The notes beneath the pieces were generated by a model. The model worked only from the letters and a program-made list of their open reading frames with translations. It ran no database searches and had not been told where the DNA came from. Made by a program: the position numbers and the translations under genes. From the IMG/VR virus record IMGVR_UViG_3300045988_144476: 64,000 bases of DNA; one strand, given 5' to 3'. How positions within the stretch are numbered: position 1 is the stretch's first letter; every line of letters begins with the position of its first letter. This DNA comes from a virus. Shown here piece by piece: positions 36,176 through 44,917 of this stretch.

Positions 36176-36481
36176 ATGGTATCAAATGAACTACAAATCA
36201 AAAACCTTAATAAGGACATCAACGGAATGTTACATCTTCTTGCTGAACTCAAGGCAAATCCAGAAACAGAGAAATCATTCTTCACAAGAGAAAAGTGTGA
36301 GACAGAGCTTGCTAAAGCTTATCACAGGAAGCTTGAACTTATGTATCCCAAGGCAGAAACTTTATACATGTCCTGTATAAAAGAAGCTACATCTGCCAAA
36401 GGAATCGAATTAATGGTTAAGTACAATCTCATTGAATCTTGTGCAGTGGCAGAAGATGGAGAGAAACTATATGCATTATAG
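36176..36481 (+). CDS. hypothetical protein
   Basis: Track ORF 36080.. trimmed to the ATG at 36176, after AAGGAAGGAGCAAAGCAA. Confidence 0.55.
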   Translation: MVSNELQIKNLNKDINGMLHLLAELKANPETEKSFFTREKCETELAKAYHRKLELMYPKAETLYMSCIKEATSAKGIELMVKYNLIESCAVAEDGEKLYAL

Positions 36482-36498
36482 GGAAAGGAGTATGGACT

Positions 36499-36657
36499 AT
36501 GAAACTGTGGGAACGCAAAGCAAGATCAATTATGAAAGGATTTTTGTTTAGCGAGACAAAAATTAATTCTATTATTAATTACGCAAACGAAGATCCAAAA
36601 GCAAACAATGAGTTGAAATTATATAAAGCAACTCACAAGGCAAGACAATGTTTATAA
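36499..36657 (+). CDS. small hypothetical protein (52 aa)
   Basis: ATG at 36499 after GGGAAAGGAGTATGGACT. Confidence 0.45.
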   Translation: MKLWERKARSIMKGFLFSETKINSIINYANEDPKANNELKLYKATHKARQCL

Positions 36658-36737
36658 TCATTACAATAGATATATAAACAATTATACAACTGAATATGGA
36701 AAATAAAATAAATAATTAAAGAAAGAGGTATGATATT

Positions 36738-37796
36738 ATGTTAAGTATTAAAAATGTAAACGAGGAACTTGTAAACGGAGTTGTATCTGGAAATACAGTA
36801 ATCAATACAGATAGATTCGGGTATAAAATGGCATACGACACAGTAATGGCGAATTATAAAGAAATAGAAGGGAAAAAGTTTGTATCAATTCCATTGGACC
36901 TTCTGGAAATTGACGAAAGCTATCAGAGATTATTCTGTATCAATATGTCAAAGATAGATGATCTTGTGAAGAATTTTAACATGAATAAATGTGATCCAAT
37001 TCTTGTCGCTCCACATCCAGAAACATCTACATTTGCAGTAATCGATGGAACTCATAGAGTATTAGCATTTGAAATTATGAACAAGGGAAGCATTTGTGCA
37101 ACAATTGCCGAGGGACTTTCTGATAATCCAGAAGAAAGAAGTAAAGAAGAAGCTGAGATATTCTGCGGACAGGGAATTAACGTTGACCGTATGGCCCCAA
37201 CTCATAAACATAGAGCTTATGTAAAGATGGGTATAAAGAAATATGTAATTCTAGATGAATGTATGAAGGGAAGAAAACTCCTCCTTAATGTTCATGAATT
37301 AAAGAATCTTGACAAAGAAAAACAAGACGAATTAATTTCAGATGGATGGAGAGTGCTTTCTGGATATACAGCATTACTTGCTGCTGCTGCTCATTCAAAA
37401 GGTAAAGAAATGGTAACAACAATTTTTGATATTATTGAAAAATCAGGATGGCATTCAGCAACCAATGGATATGGAACTAATATAATCCGTCCAGTATCAG
37501 CAATCCTTAATATGCATGATTTTGATCCAGCAGTAACACAGGCAATTATTAATATCTTTAGCACAATGGAACCAGATCTGTTCATGTCCAAAGCACATGC
37601 AGCTTATCCAGGACGCAAGGAAAAAGAAAGACTTACAATGTGGCTTGAAAAAGCAGTAGCAAAGAAACTTGGAGTAGAACCAATCTATACTGGTGGAGAT
37701 ATGAGAAAGGTAGCTTCGAAATACAATGGAGCTAAAAGAAATGCTTCAGCATCTAACAAAACAACTCCATTCCCGGAAACAGGAACAGAAAAATAA
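36738..37796 (+). CDS. ParB N-terminal-domain (ParB/Srx-like nuclease) protein
   Basis: LLEIDESYQR ... ILVAPHPETSTFAVIDGTHRVLA (the DGxHR ParB box). Confidence 0.6.
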   Translation: MLSIKNVNEELVNGVVSGNTVINTDRFGYKMAYDTVMANYKEIEGKKFVSIPLDLLEIDESYQRLFCINMSKIDDLVKNFNMNKCDPILVAPHPETSTFAVIDGTHRVLAFEIMNKGSICATIAEGLSDNPEERSKEEAEIFCGQGINVDRMAPTHKHRAYVKMGIKKYVILDECMKGRKLLLNVHELKNLDKEKQDELISDGWRVLSGYTALLAAAAHSKGKEMVTTIFDIIEKSGWHSATNGYGTNIIRPVSAILNMHDFDPAVTQAIINIFSTMEPDLFMSKAHAAYPGRKEKERLTMWLEKAVAKKLGVEPIYTGGDMRKVASKYNGAKRNASASNKTTPFPETGTEK

Positions 37797-37798
37797 AA

Positions 37799-37813
37799 TA
37801 ATGATTTAATCAA
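37799..37813 (+). promoter_or_regulatory. TAATGATTTAATCAA box (copy 6)
   Basis: 2 nt after the ParB-like stop. Confidence 0.5.
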
Positions 37814-37871
37814 AATTATAATAAAAATACTTGATTTTTAAATAAGCAAGTGTTATATTATGATTATAAAC

Positions 37872-37886
37872 TAATGTTTTAATCAA
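37872..37886 (+). promoter_or_regulatory. TAATGTTTTAATCAA box (copy 7)
   Basis: Exact 15-mer at the head of a 350-nt ORF-free structured stretch. Confidence 0.5.
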
Positions 37887-38233
37887 CAGAAATAATAAGG
37901 TAAATACATCTATAAAGATGTTATTTATATAGCAACAAGCATTTACTATTAACCAAAGGCAAATCAGTTTTTGACTTGCTACCAAAATCTGATAAACCTA
38001 AACCCTCAACCCTTACAAATACATCCTGTATCATGATCCACTTGAACGGTATAACCTCAAGTCGAAGGTACGTTTTTCTAAATATGGAAATTGATACAGG
38101 GTGTCATATAGTTATATAATTCAGACCTATATATAAGCGTGACAATATATGGAAGTCGTTTACCATTCTGGCGGTGTGAAACCTAGAACCGCCAACTCCT
38201 TCCAAATATGGATTTGAATTATGTAACTATAAA

Positions 38234-38248
38234 TAATGTTTTAATGAA
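38234..38248 (+). promoter_or_regulatory. TAATGTTTTAATGAA box (copy 8, variant)
   Basis: 14/15 match, 14 nt upstream of the ATG at 38262. Confidence 0.45.
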
Positions 38249-38261
38249 AAGGGGAAAAGTT

Positions 38262-38342
38262 ATGAACGAAAAAAAGAAAAGGAAAGTCATCTCTTGGGAT
38301 GAGATTAAAGAAAAATTCAAAAGGGAAAGGAAAGAGCAATGA
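38262..38342 (+). CDS. micro-ORF (26 aa, Lys/Arg-rich)
   Basis: SD AAAAGGGGAAAAGTT; its stop overlaps the next ATG (ATGA). Confidence 0.4.
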   Translation: MNEKKKRKVISWDEIKEKFKRERKEQ

Positions 38343-38560
38343 CAGAGATAAAAAAGTATGACAAAGAAAAGGATATTATTGCTTATAACGGAGTAATCGT
38401 TGTCTCATGCTTTAAAGAAAGAAACGAAATGCAGACAGAGTTTGACGAAATAATTGAGGCATGGAAAAAACAAAGAGATAAAGAAAGAAAAGAGCATTGG
38501 AACAACTTAAGAAAAAGAAAAGGCATATTTTCATTATTCAGAAGAAAGAAGGCAGCTTAA
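38339..38560 (+). CDS. hypothetical protein (73 aa)
   Basis: Translationally coupled array. Confidence 0.5.
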   Translation: MTEIKKYDKEKDIIAYNGVIVVSCFKERNEMQTEFDEIIEAWKKQRDKERKEHWNNLRKRKGIFSLFRRKKAA

Positions 38561-39151
38561 ATGAAATTTATTGATAAATATAAAGAAGAACACCAAGGCG
38601 GAATTATTGGTGATATTACATGCATAAAATGTCCATCTGATTTTGGATATGAACCCGATCGAAATTGTACTTGTGGTACGGATGATGAAGCATGTCATAG
38701 ATGCTGGAATAAGGAAATGCCTGAACCTAAATTAGAACCAGCTAATGCAAATGATTTCCCAGGATTCGAAATTAATGATGTAGTACAGTTGAGAAGTGGA
38801 AGATTATGTATCGTTCTTCCAAATAATAAGTCAAAGGATAATAAAAGTATATGCTATACAAATAAAAAACCCAGTACAGAAGATATTATTGGCTCGGGAA
38901 TAACCTGCTTAACTCATTGCATCGATTATATAGGATATATATGTGAAAGAAATTGCCTCAATGATGTTGTTAAATTATGGAGAGCAACTCCTGAAAATGC
39001 GTTATCATTGATAGGCTATTTCTTTAACAAAAAAGAAATTCCAGATCACATCAAACCTATTTGGGTAGAGCCTACAGTACCTACAGCAAAGAAGATGACA
39101 CTCAAGGAAATTGAAAAAGAACTTGGTTATTCAATAGAAATTATTTCATAA
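38561..39151 (+). CDS. hypothetical Cys-rich protein (196 aa)
   Basis: CIKCPSD..CTCG..CHRC cluster near the N-terminus. Confidence 0.55.
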   Translation: MKFIDKYKEEHQGGIIGDITCIKCPSDFGYEPDRNCTCGTDDEACHRCWNKEMPEPKLEPANANDFPGFEINDVVQLRSGRLCIVLPNNKSKDNKSICYTNKKPSTEDIIGSGITCLTHCIDYIGYICERNCLNDVVKLWRATPENALSLIGYFFNKKEIPDHIKPIWVEPTVPTAKKMTLKEIEKELGYSIEIIS

Positions 39152-39174
39152 ATAGAAAGTGAGGGAAATGAATC

Positions 39175-39465
39175 ATGAGTGCATATAAGCAGTTTATTAC
39201 CAGACATTTTGAAAGCACTAATACATTTGTAACTCAGTTTTTCAAGGAAATTAATTCTCTCCCGGAAGTCGGAGATTTATTCGAAGGTAAAAGAGTGTTG
39301 GCTGTCACACCAATTTCAATGGATTGTGAACAGTTTTCAGATGATCATCATAATTATGAATTATATGAACTCGAATGTGGCGAGTATGAAAACAAATATA
39401 ATGAGAACGGGGAAGATGAAACTACAACAGAAAGAGTATGCGTAAGAAAAGAAAATGAATTATGA
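39175..39465 (+). CDS. hypothetical protein (96 aa)
   Basis: SD GAGGGAAATGAATC. Confidence 0.55.
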   Translation: MSAYKQFITRHFESTNTFVTQFFKEINSLPEVGDLFEGKRVLAVTPISMDCEQFSDDHHNYELYELECGEYENKYNENGEDETTTERVCVRKENEL

Positions 39466-40373
39466 TAAAAAATAATAAAAATCAGCCAGTAAAAGGCTAT
39501 AAAGTATTCAACCCAGATTGGACATGCCTGGGATTTCAGTATGAAGTAGGGAAGACATATGAAGAAGATGTAACACCAAAATGTTGCAACAAAGGATTTC
39601 ATTTCTGCAAAGAATTGAAGGACTGCTTCAGTTATTATTCATTTGATCCTGACAACAAAGTTGCAAAGGTTATTGCATTAGGTGAAATTGATGAAAAATT
39701 AGATGATAGCAAATGTTGCACCAACAAGATTCAGATTGTTGAAGAAATCAGTTGGGAAGATGTTTTGAGAATGGTTAACCTTGGAGAAGGAAATGCAGGT
39801 TTTTGCAACGGCGGTAACTATAATACTGGTGACAGAAATACTGGTGACTATAATACTGGTTGCAAAAATACTGGTAACTATAACACTGGTGATTGGAACA
39901 CTGGTAGCTGTAATGCTGGTAATTGGAATACTGGTTACAGAAATACTGGTGACTATAATACTGGTAATTGGAACACTGGTAGCTGTAATACTGGTAATTG
40001 GAACACTGGTGACTATAATATTATAGATGCATCTTCTGGATGCTTCTGTACAGAACATCAAAAGATCCTTATTTTCGATAAATTGTCTAACTGGACCATA
40101 AAAGACTGGTTTAGCAGTGATGCAAGATATATTCTTGATAGTATTCCAAATAATATTGTTGAGTGGATCTATGAATCAGATATGACAGATATAGAAAAAG
40201 AAAAGAATCCAACGTACAAAACAACTGGTGGTTATTTAAAGATTCTTGATAAATCAGAAGCAGCGCAGGTCTGGTGGGATGGATTAGATACTACAGACAA
40301 AAACATTATTAAATCAATTCCAAATTTTGATGCAGGAAAATTTCAAAAATGTACAGGTATTAAGGTTGATTAA
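39462..40373 (+). CDS. NTGxx pentapeptide-repeat (predicted beta-helix) protein
   Basis: About 14 consecutive 5-residue units (GNYNTGDRNTGDYNTGCKNTGNYNTGDWNTGSCNAGNWNTG...), flanked by a Cys-containing N-domain (KGYKVFNPDW..GFHFC) and a C-domain. Confidence 0.7.
   Translation: MIKNNKNQPVKGYKVFNPDWTCLGFQYEVGKTYEEDVTPKCCNKGFHFCKELKDCFSYYSFDPDNKVAKVIALGEIDEKLDDSKCCTNKIQIVEEISWEDVLRMVNLGEGNAGFCNGGNYNTGDRNTGDYNTGCKNTGNYNTGDWNTGSCNAGNWNTGYRNTGDYNTGNWNTGSCNTGNWNTGDYNIIDASSGCFCTEHQKILIFDKLSNWTIKDWFSSDARYILDSIPNNIVEWIYESDMTDIEKEKNPTYKTTGGYLKILDKSEAAQVWWDGLDTTDKNIIKSIPNFDAGKFQKCTGIKVD
39812..40020 (+). repeat. coding tandem 15/30-nt repeat (aatactggtRVNtat units)
   Basis: The DNA-level periodicity that encodes the NTGxx units; it also generates spurious alternate-frame and antisense ORFs. 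Confidence 0.8.
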
Positions 40374-40387
40374 AAGGAAAATGAATT

Positions 40388-40669
40388 ATGAAAATATTTA
40401 CAGGAACTATCACAGAAACCAATTCACGTAAAGTTGCTGTCATTGCAGAAACAAAAGAAGAAGCCGATGCAATCCTCTCAGATCTTTATCTCAACGGAGA
40501 TATTGATGAACTTGATTATGATGATTACGATGGATGGGATTCAGAAATCAATGATGAAGTAGATATTGATAGCAGAGAACTTGATGAAATTGAGATTTAT
40601 GATGAAGAAGGAAATAAATATGAAAAAGATGATTTACCAGAAAAATATTTCGACTCTGAGGAGGTATGA
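40388..40669 (+). CDS. highly acidic small protein (93 aa)
   Basis: Asp/Glu-rich (DELDYDDYDGWDSEINDEVDIDSRELDE). Confidence 0.55.
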   Translation: MKIFTGTITETNSRKVAVIAETKEEADAILSDLYLNGDIDELDYDDYDGWDSEINDEVDIDSRELDEIEIYDEEGNKYEKDDLPEKYFDSEEV

Positions 40670-40675
40670 TGAATT

Positions 40676-41305
40676 ATGACTAACATTCCTACATTCCTTG
40701 GTTGTGCTCCGGCAGATGCAAGCCAAATCATTCCATATACAGAGAAATTTGATGTTCTGTATGATGATGGCGGTGAGATGAAACTTATTACAAAAGAAAC
40801 TTATTCAACAGAAGCAGATGAGGATATGCCAGCATTTAAATACAAGTACGTGCTTAATTGTATGGATATGAAAGCATTTGGAACACAAGAGAAATTAATT
40901 GTTATCCAATGTTTAATGTGTCCATTACCTGAATATGTAAATAAGAAAACATTAAAAGAAATAACTGATGACATAGATTTTTACTTTTCAGATGCAACCA
41001 GTTCTAGAGCATTACCAAATATGGGAGATGAATATATCAACTATGATGAGGTTCCGGAAGATGAAAACGGAAATCGCTGGTATGTTTACCATTATCATCT
41101 TACTGACAATAAAGATTTTGTCCAGGTGTTAAATGTAGCAGCTACAATATTTGATGATGTAAATGTTTTCCGAGGATGGAGAATGGACCGAGTATGGAAT
41201 CGGATTGGAAGTACCGGATGGGATTCACTCAGACACTTACTTCTTGGAGAGGACTGGATAAAGAAATCAATAAACAGAATATTAGAAAGCGAGGCAAATA
41301 AATAA
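40676..41305 (+). CDS. hypothetical protein (209 aa)
   Basis: Packed array. Confidence 0.55.
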   Translation: MTNIPTFLGCAPADASQIIPYTEKFDVLYDDGGEMKLITKETYSTEADEDMPAFKYKYVLNCMDMKAFGTQEKLIVIQCLMCPLPEYVNKKTLKEITDDIDFYFSDATSSRALPNMGDEYINYDEVPEDENGNRWYVYHYHLTDNKDFVQVLNVAATIFDDVNVFRGWRMDRVWNRIGSTGWDSLRHLLLGEDWIKKSINRILESEANK

Positions 41306-41306
41306 A

Positions 41307-41624
41307 ATGACAAATCCAAAAGAATACAATTTTTCAGATTATAAACTTTTATTTTACAGAGGTAAATACCAGTGTGGTTTAGGAACTGCATTATATGCAT
41401 TTCTCAGCGATGGACAACCATACGGAAGTATTTCTGTAAATCTAGGAGTAAAACTTCCAAAAAATCAGATCTTCATGGATGTGAACAATGCATGTAATCT
41501 TTGTAATCAGATGGAAAAGGATGGATTACTTGAAAGAACTGGTTTGGCAAAGCAGAGTGGATATTGTATTTATCCGGCTGCAAGAATTACAGAGAAGTTG
41601 GAAAAGATTTTAAACGAGCTGTAA
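41307..41624 (+). CDS. hypothetical protein (105 aa)
   Basis: 1-nt gap from the upstream stop. Confidence 0.55.
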   Translation: MTNPKEYNFSDYKLLFYRGKYQCGLGTALYAFLSDGQPYGSISVNLGVKLPKNQIFMDVNNACNLCNQMEKDGLLERTGLAKQSGYCIYPAARITEKLEKILNEL

Positions 41625-41626
41625 AT

Positions 41627-41640
41627 AGTGAATTAATCAA
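41627..41640 (+). promoter_or_regulatory. degenerate box (AGTGAATTAATCAA)
   Basis: Shares only the TTAATCAA half; lies 2 nt after a stop codon. Confidence 0.25.
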
Positions 41641-41685
41641 ATAATAATAAAAAGACAAGGTATAAGACGAAAGGATGTTGATGAA

Positions 41686-41883
41686 ATGCGAGATAGAAGC
41701 ATCAAAGCAGTGAGATCTAAGAATATTGCAAGGAAATTAAGAATGGAAGGATTTAAAATCATTCGAAAGGAACCGAATATCAGATTTCCGGAACAAGATG
41801 TATATATCTTTGAAGCTACACCGGAACTTGTGATCAGATTGAGAGAATTAGTTGAAGACAGGGAAAGGTGGAAGAAAAAATAA
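41686..41883 (+). CDS. small basic protein (65 aa)
   Basis: Arg/Lys-rich; sits ahead of the replication-organiser candidate. Confidence 0.5.
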   Translation: MRDRSIKAVRSKNIARKLRMEGFKIIRKEPNIRFPEQDVYIFEATPELVIRLRELVEDRERWKKK

Positions 41884-41884
41884 T

Positions 41885-42730
41885 ATGATAGACGAGGTTT
41901 TAGACATGGGAAGGACATTTATCAACATTGATGAAGAGTTAATTAAAGAAATGGACAAGGCTGGCATTAAAAACGGAAAGATAATGATGTTGTATGGAAA
42001 AATATTATCATTATCTCAGAATGACCAGAATGCATGTATGGCAAGTAATAAATATTTTGCCAATGTATTATGTACCGAACCAAGAAATATACAAAGGTAT
42101 ATAAAAGAATTAAAAGATTTAGGATTCATAAAAACATACGAAGAAAATGATTCCTCACAGTATGCTTTTACGGTCGCCAGGTTTATATATCCGCAATGGA
42201 AAGTTGTGAATGGCAAATTATGTCATGATGGTACGACAGATATGTCACAAGGGAACGAAAATATGTACACCACCCCACGACAAATGATGTCGAATCCCAT
42301 GACAGATAATGTCGAAAGACACGACAATTTATGTCGAGAAGTACGACAAGATCGCCATCCAAATAACAGAGAGAACAGAGAGAAAAGAATAGATAAGAAT
42401 AACGTTCCGCTTCGCTGCACTGATAGTCGCTTCGCTCCTGGTGTCGCTAACGCTCCAGGCTCCGCTGACGCTACGCAATCTAATATGAGAGAAAGGTTTA
42501 ATTACTTTAAGTCTCTTGATTATGATGCAGTTATACCTAGTGAAGAATTACCTAGGATTGTAGCTATCTCTTATGCAGAGCTTGATCTAGATATTTATGA
42601 TTCTATTGATTCTCGTAGAGAAAAACTTATTAAGGATTTTACCAGTGGATATTATAAGGCAAAAAATAAAGATAATATTATTGCATTAATTGATGCAGTT
42701 ATTGCTGGTGAGATTGTAGAAAGGAAGTAA
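41885..42730 (+). CDS. winged-helix replication organiser / initiator candidate
   Basis: The N-terminal segment MLYGKILSLSQ...NKYFANVLCTEPRNIQRYIKELKDLGFIK resembles DnaD/phage replisome-organiser wHTH domains. The gene contains iteron-like repeats. Confidence 0.35.
   Translation: MIDEVLDMGRTFINIDEELIKEMDKAGIKNGKIMMLYGKILSLSQNDQNACMASNKYFANVLCTEPRNIQRYIKELKDLGFIKTYEENDSSQYAFTVARFIYPQWKVVNGKLCHDGTTDMSQGNENMYTTPRQMMSNPMTDNVERHDNLCREVRQDRHPNNRENREKRIDKNNVPLRCTDSRFAPGVANAPGSADATQSNMRERFNYFKSLDYDAVIPSEELPRIVAISYAELDLDIYDSIDSRREKLIKDFTSGYYKAKNKDNIIALIDAVIAGEIVERK
42408..42472. repeat. four CGCT-NN-CGCT iteron-like repeats (candidate origin)
   Basis: CGCTTCGCT at 42408 and 42428, CGCTAACGCT at 42445, CGCTGACGCT at 42463. 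Spacings are 17-20 nt. This is a GC-rich island in an AT-rich gene, preceded by a purine-rich AGAGA tract. Confidence 0.4.
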
Positions 42731-42735
42731 TTATT

Positions 42736-43032
42736 ATGGCCTGTTATTGTTGTGACGATTGTCATGATGCAAAACATAACGGAGGTAAATGTAATAAATT
42801 TCAATATGAATGTCCGTTTGATATCCTTGAGGCTTTTGATGAGGTTGATATTAAAATTATAAGAAAAATAATAGATAATATTAATATTCAAATAGACAAT
42901 TTGAAGGCCATAGATAAGAATCATGGTGTTATGGAAGAAGATATAGAAGCTTTAAGATCTGCTTTATCTAATCTTGAAGAACGAATAAGTATTGACTTGC
43001 AAAAAGAATGGAACGAAATAAATGAAGATTAA
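42736..43032 (+). CDS. hypothetical protein (98 aa)
   Basis: CYCCDDCHD...C cluster at the N-terminus. Confidence 0.5.
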   Translation: MACYCCDDCHDAKHNGGKCNKFQYECPFDILEAFDEVDIKIIRKIIDNINIQIDNLKAIDKNHGVMEEDIEALRSALSNLEERISIDLQKEWNEINED

Positions 43033-43174
43033 ACTTCTTATATTAATTATTGCTTTTCCGGTTGGATTCTTTCTGATCGGAAGGCACTATTCTAAGGCAG
43101 ATAGATTATTGATCGTATTCACTATGTGGTTTGCGACTTGTATTGTTGAAAGAAATATTCAGAACTTTATGTAA
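43022..43174 (+). CDS. small two-TM membrane peptide (50 aa)
   Basis: MKIKLLILIIAFPVGFFLIG...LLIVFTMWFATCIV; below the ORF-track cutoff; overlaps the upstream stop. Confidence 0.4.
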   Translation: MKIKLLILIIAFPVGFFLIGRHYSKADRLLIVFTMWFATCIVERNIQNFM

Positions 43175-43188
43175 AGGAGTATTAAATA

Positions 43189-43413
43189 ATGACAATTGAA
43201 AAGCCGTATCAGAGAGTAAGAGATATTGAAGCTTTATCAGATCATCTTATCGAGATAGTAGAAGATAACGATGAGAGATTTTCTTTTGAATGGGGATCCT
43301 GTGGAATCAATAAAGCTAAGATGAAAATCTTTGATAAAGAAAATAAAGTTGGCTACATTGTTAAGATTGAACCTATTATTTATGATGATAATGGAGAACC
43401 GGTCAATATTTAG
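43189..43413 (+). CDS. hypothetical protein (74 aa)
   Basis: SD AAAGGAGTATTAAATA. Confidence 0.55.
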   Translation: MTIEKPYQRVRDIEALSDHLIEIVEDNDERFSFEWGSCGINKAKMKIFDKENKVGYIVKIEPIIYDDNGEPVNI

Positions 43414-43429
43414 AAAGGAAGGAGCTGTA

Positions 43430-43717
43430 ATGACAATTGGTGATATCTATGTAAACAAATTAAATAACTCAGATATTATTCAGATTGATAGTTTTGCTTC
43501 TCATATGAATAATTTGAGAGAAAATTCTATTATAATCTACAGAAATATCGAAAGGCATAATGAGTACGAAATTGGTAGTTGTCCTAGTAATAATGGATAC
43601 GGATCGCAAGAAGAGATTGAAAATAAGTACAAATTACTGATTTCCGCAAGAAAATTGAAAAACTATTCTGACTGGAATGAGATTTTTGAACTGGCTGAGG
43701 GAAAGAAAGGAAGTTGA
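43430..43717 (+). CDS. hypothetical protein
   Basis: Track ORF 43331.. trimmed to the ATG at 43430, after AAGGAAGGAGCTGTA. Confidence 0.55.
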   Translation: MTIGDIYVNKLNNSDIIQIDSFASHMNNLRENSIIIYRNIERHNEYEIGSCPSNNGYGSQEEIENKYKLLISARKLKNYSDWNEIFELAEGKKGS

Positions 43718-44157
43718 TTATGGATATCAATAATTTAACAAAAAAGCAGGCGATTGCAGAACATCGTAAGATGTGGAACTGGATCGCAGATAGATTAGAG
43801 GAACATCATCCTGGTTATGATGTCTATATGTATAAAAGGGAATATATGGAAGAAAACTTTCCAAATAATAATATTAGACACTATTGTTTTTGTTGCCAGT
43901 ATGCTGTGCAAGAAAATGATGGTGATGGTTATACTAATTATTGTATTAATTGTCCATTGGTTTGGGGTACGGAGGCTGATACAGATGACTTCTTTTGTGA
44001 GCAAGGCAATTACGATATTCCAATTGAAGATTTATCTTTGTTTGAATCTAATAAAAAATATGGATTATGGTCTTATGCACAGAGATTAACAGAAAATCAT
44101 TGTTACGATAAAGCTGCTAAGGTTGCAAGGCAGATAGCAAATTTACCAGAAAGGTAG
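43714..44157 (+). CDS. hypothetical Cys-rich protein (147 aa)
   Basis: CFCCQY...CINCP...C motif; ATGA-type coupling. Confidence 0.55.
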   Translation: MIMDINNLTKKQAIAEHRKMWNWIADRLEEHHPGYDVYMYKREYMEENFPNNNIRHYCFCCQYAVQENDGDGYTNYCINCPLVWGTEADTDDFFCEQGNYDIPIEDLSLFESNKKYGLWSYAQRLTENHCYDKAAKVARQIANLPER

Positions 44158-44163
44158 GTTAAC

Positions 44164-44544
44164 ATGACAAGAGCAGAATTTGATCAGATGATGAAAAGAA
44201 ACTTTAAACATTTTAATGTTCCGAAAGATAGTTATGGGGGTTTACTTTTATGGATTCCAAAGTATAAAGAATTTCTTTCAATGCATTTTGGTGACGGAAC
44301 CAATGCATATGATCTTGAAGAAGGATGCGAGGATTACATTTATTATACTCAGTTCGATTTGGAAGATCCATTTGAGGCTGGAGATGAAGAATTAACTCTT
44401 GAAGAAACTGATGGAGGCCAGATGGATATTTTGAATGCAGATGTATATAACAATGATATAAGTAAAGTGATTCCGGATTTACTTTTGTTTATTTATGATG
44501 AATTTATAGAAGTAATTCCGATTCAGTTTTATAGTGTTGAATAA
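44164..44544 (+). CDS. hypothetical protein (126 aa)
   Basis: Packed array. Confidence 0.55.
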   Translation: MTRAEFDQMMKRNFKHFNVPKDSYGGLLLWIPKYKEFLSMHFGDGTNAYDLEEGCEDYIYYTQFDLEDPFEAGDEELTLEETDGGQMDILNADVYNNDISKVIPDLLLFIYDEFIEVIPIQFYSVE

Positions 44545-44559
44545 TAATGATTTAATCAA
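44545..44559 (+). promoter_or_regulatory. TAATGATTTAATCAA box (copy 9)
   Basis: Begins at the nucleotide after the stop codon, 18 nt before the ATG at 44577. Confidence 0.5.
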
Positions 44560-44576
44560 ACGGATGGAAAATAATT

Positions 44577-44873
44577 ATGAAAAATACAACAGTATCATTA
44601 AGAATTTATGAAAACGTAAAGAAATATTTTGAAAAGAATAATATGCCGTATGATGTACAGGAAATTATTCCAGACAAAAGTCCATTTAACGACTATCTCT
44701 TCATTGTGATTGCAAAACATAGAGAATATTCAGAAATTAAAAAAGCATATGGTGGTGGTCCATGGGTCGTATGGAGCAGCTGGAATGAAAGCACGCAGTG
44801 CTTAAATCATGGTCACTTTGACATAGTGGATTATGACAAGGCATATGCACTTGCGATGGATTTGAGAGCGTAA
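44577..44873 (+). CDS. hypothetical protein (98 aa)
   Basis: Packed array. Confidence 0.55.
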   Translation: MKNTTVSLRIYENVKKYFEKNNMPYDVQEIIPDKSPFNDYLFIVIAKHREYSEIKKAYGGGPWVVWSSWNESTQCLNHGHFDIVDYDKAYALAMDLRA

Positions 44874-44917
44874 GAGTTAGATTTAAGCTAGTAATCTAGG
44901 TAAAGGAGTGAGTGAGA

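Noticed and set aside
39699-40061. Antisense and alternate-frame ORFs (39699..40061 -, 39781..40026 +) with ITS/VT repeats
   Set aside because: They are artefacts of the 15-nt coding periodicity of the NTGxx repeat gene. Only the 39462..40373 frame has a start, an SD and flanking non-repeat domains.
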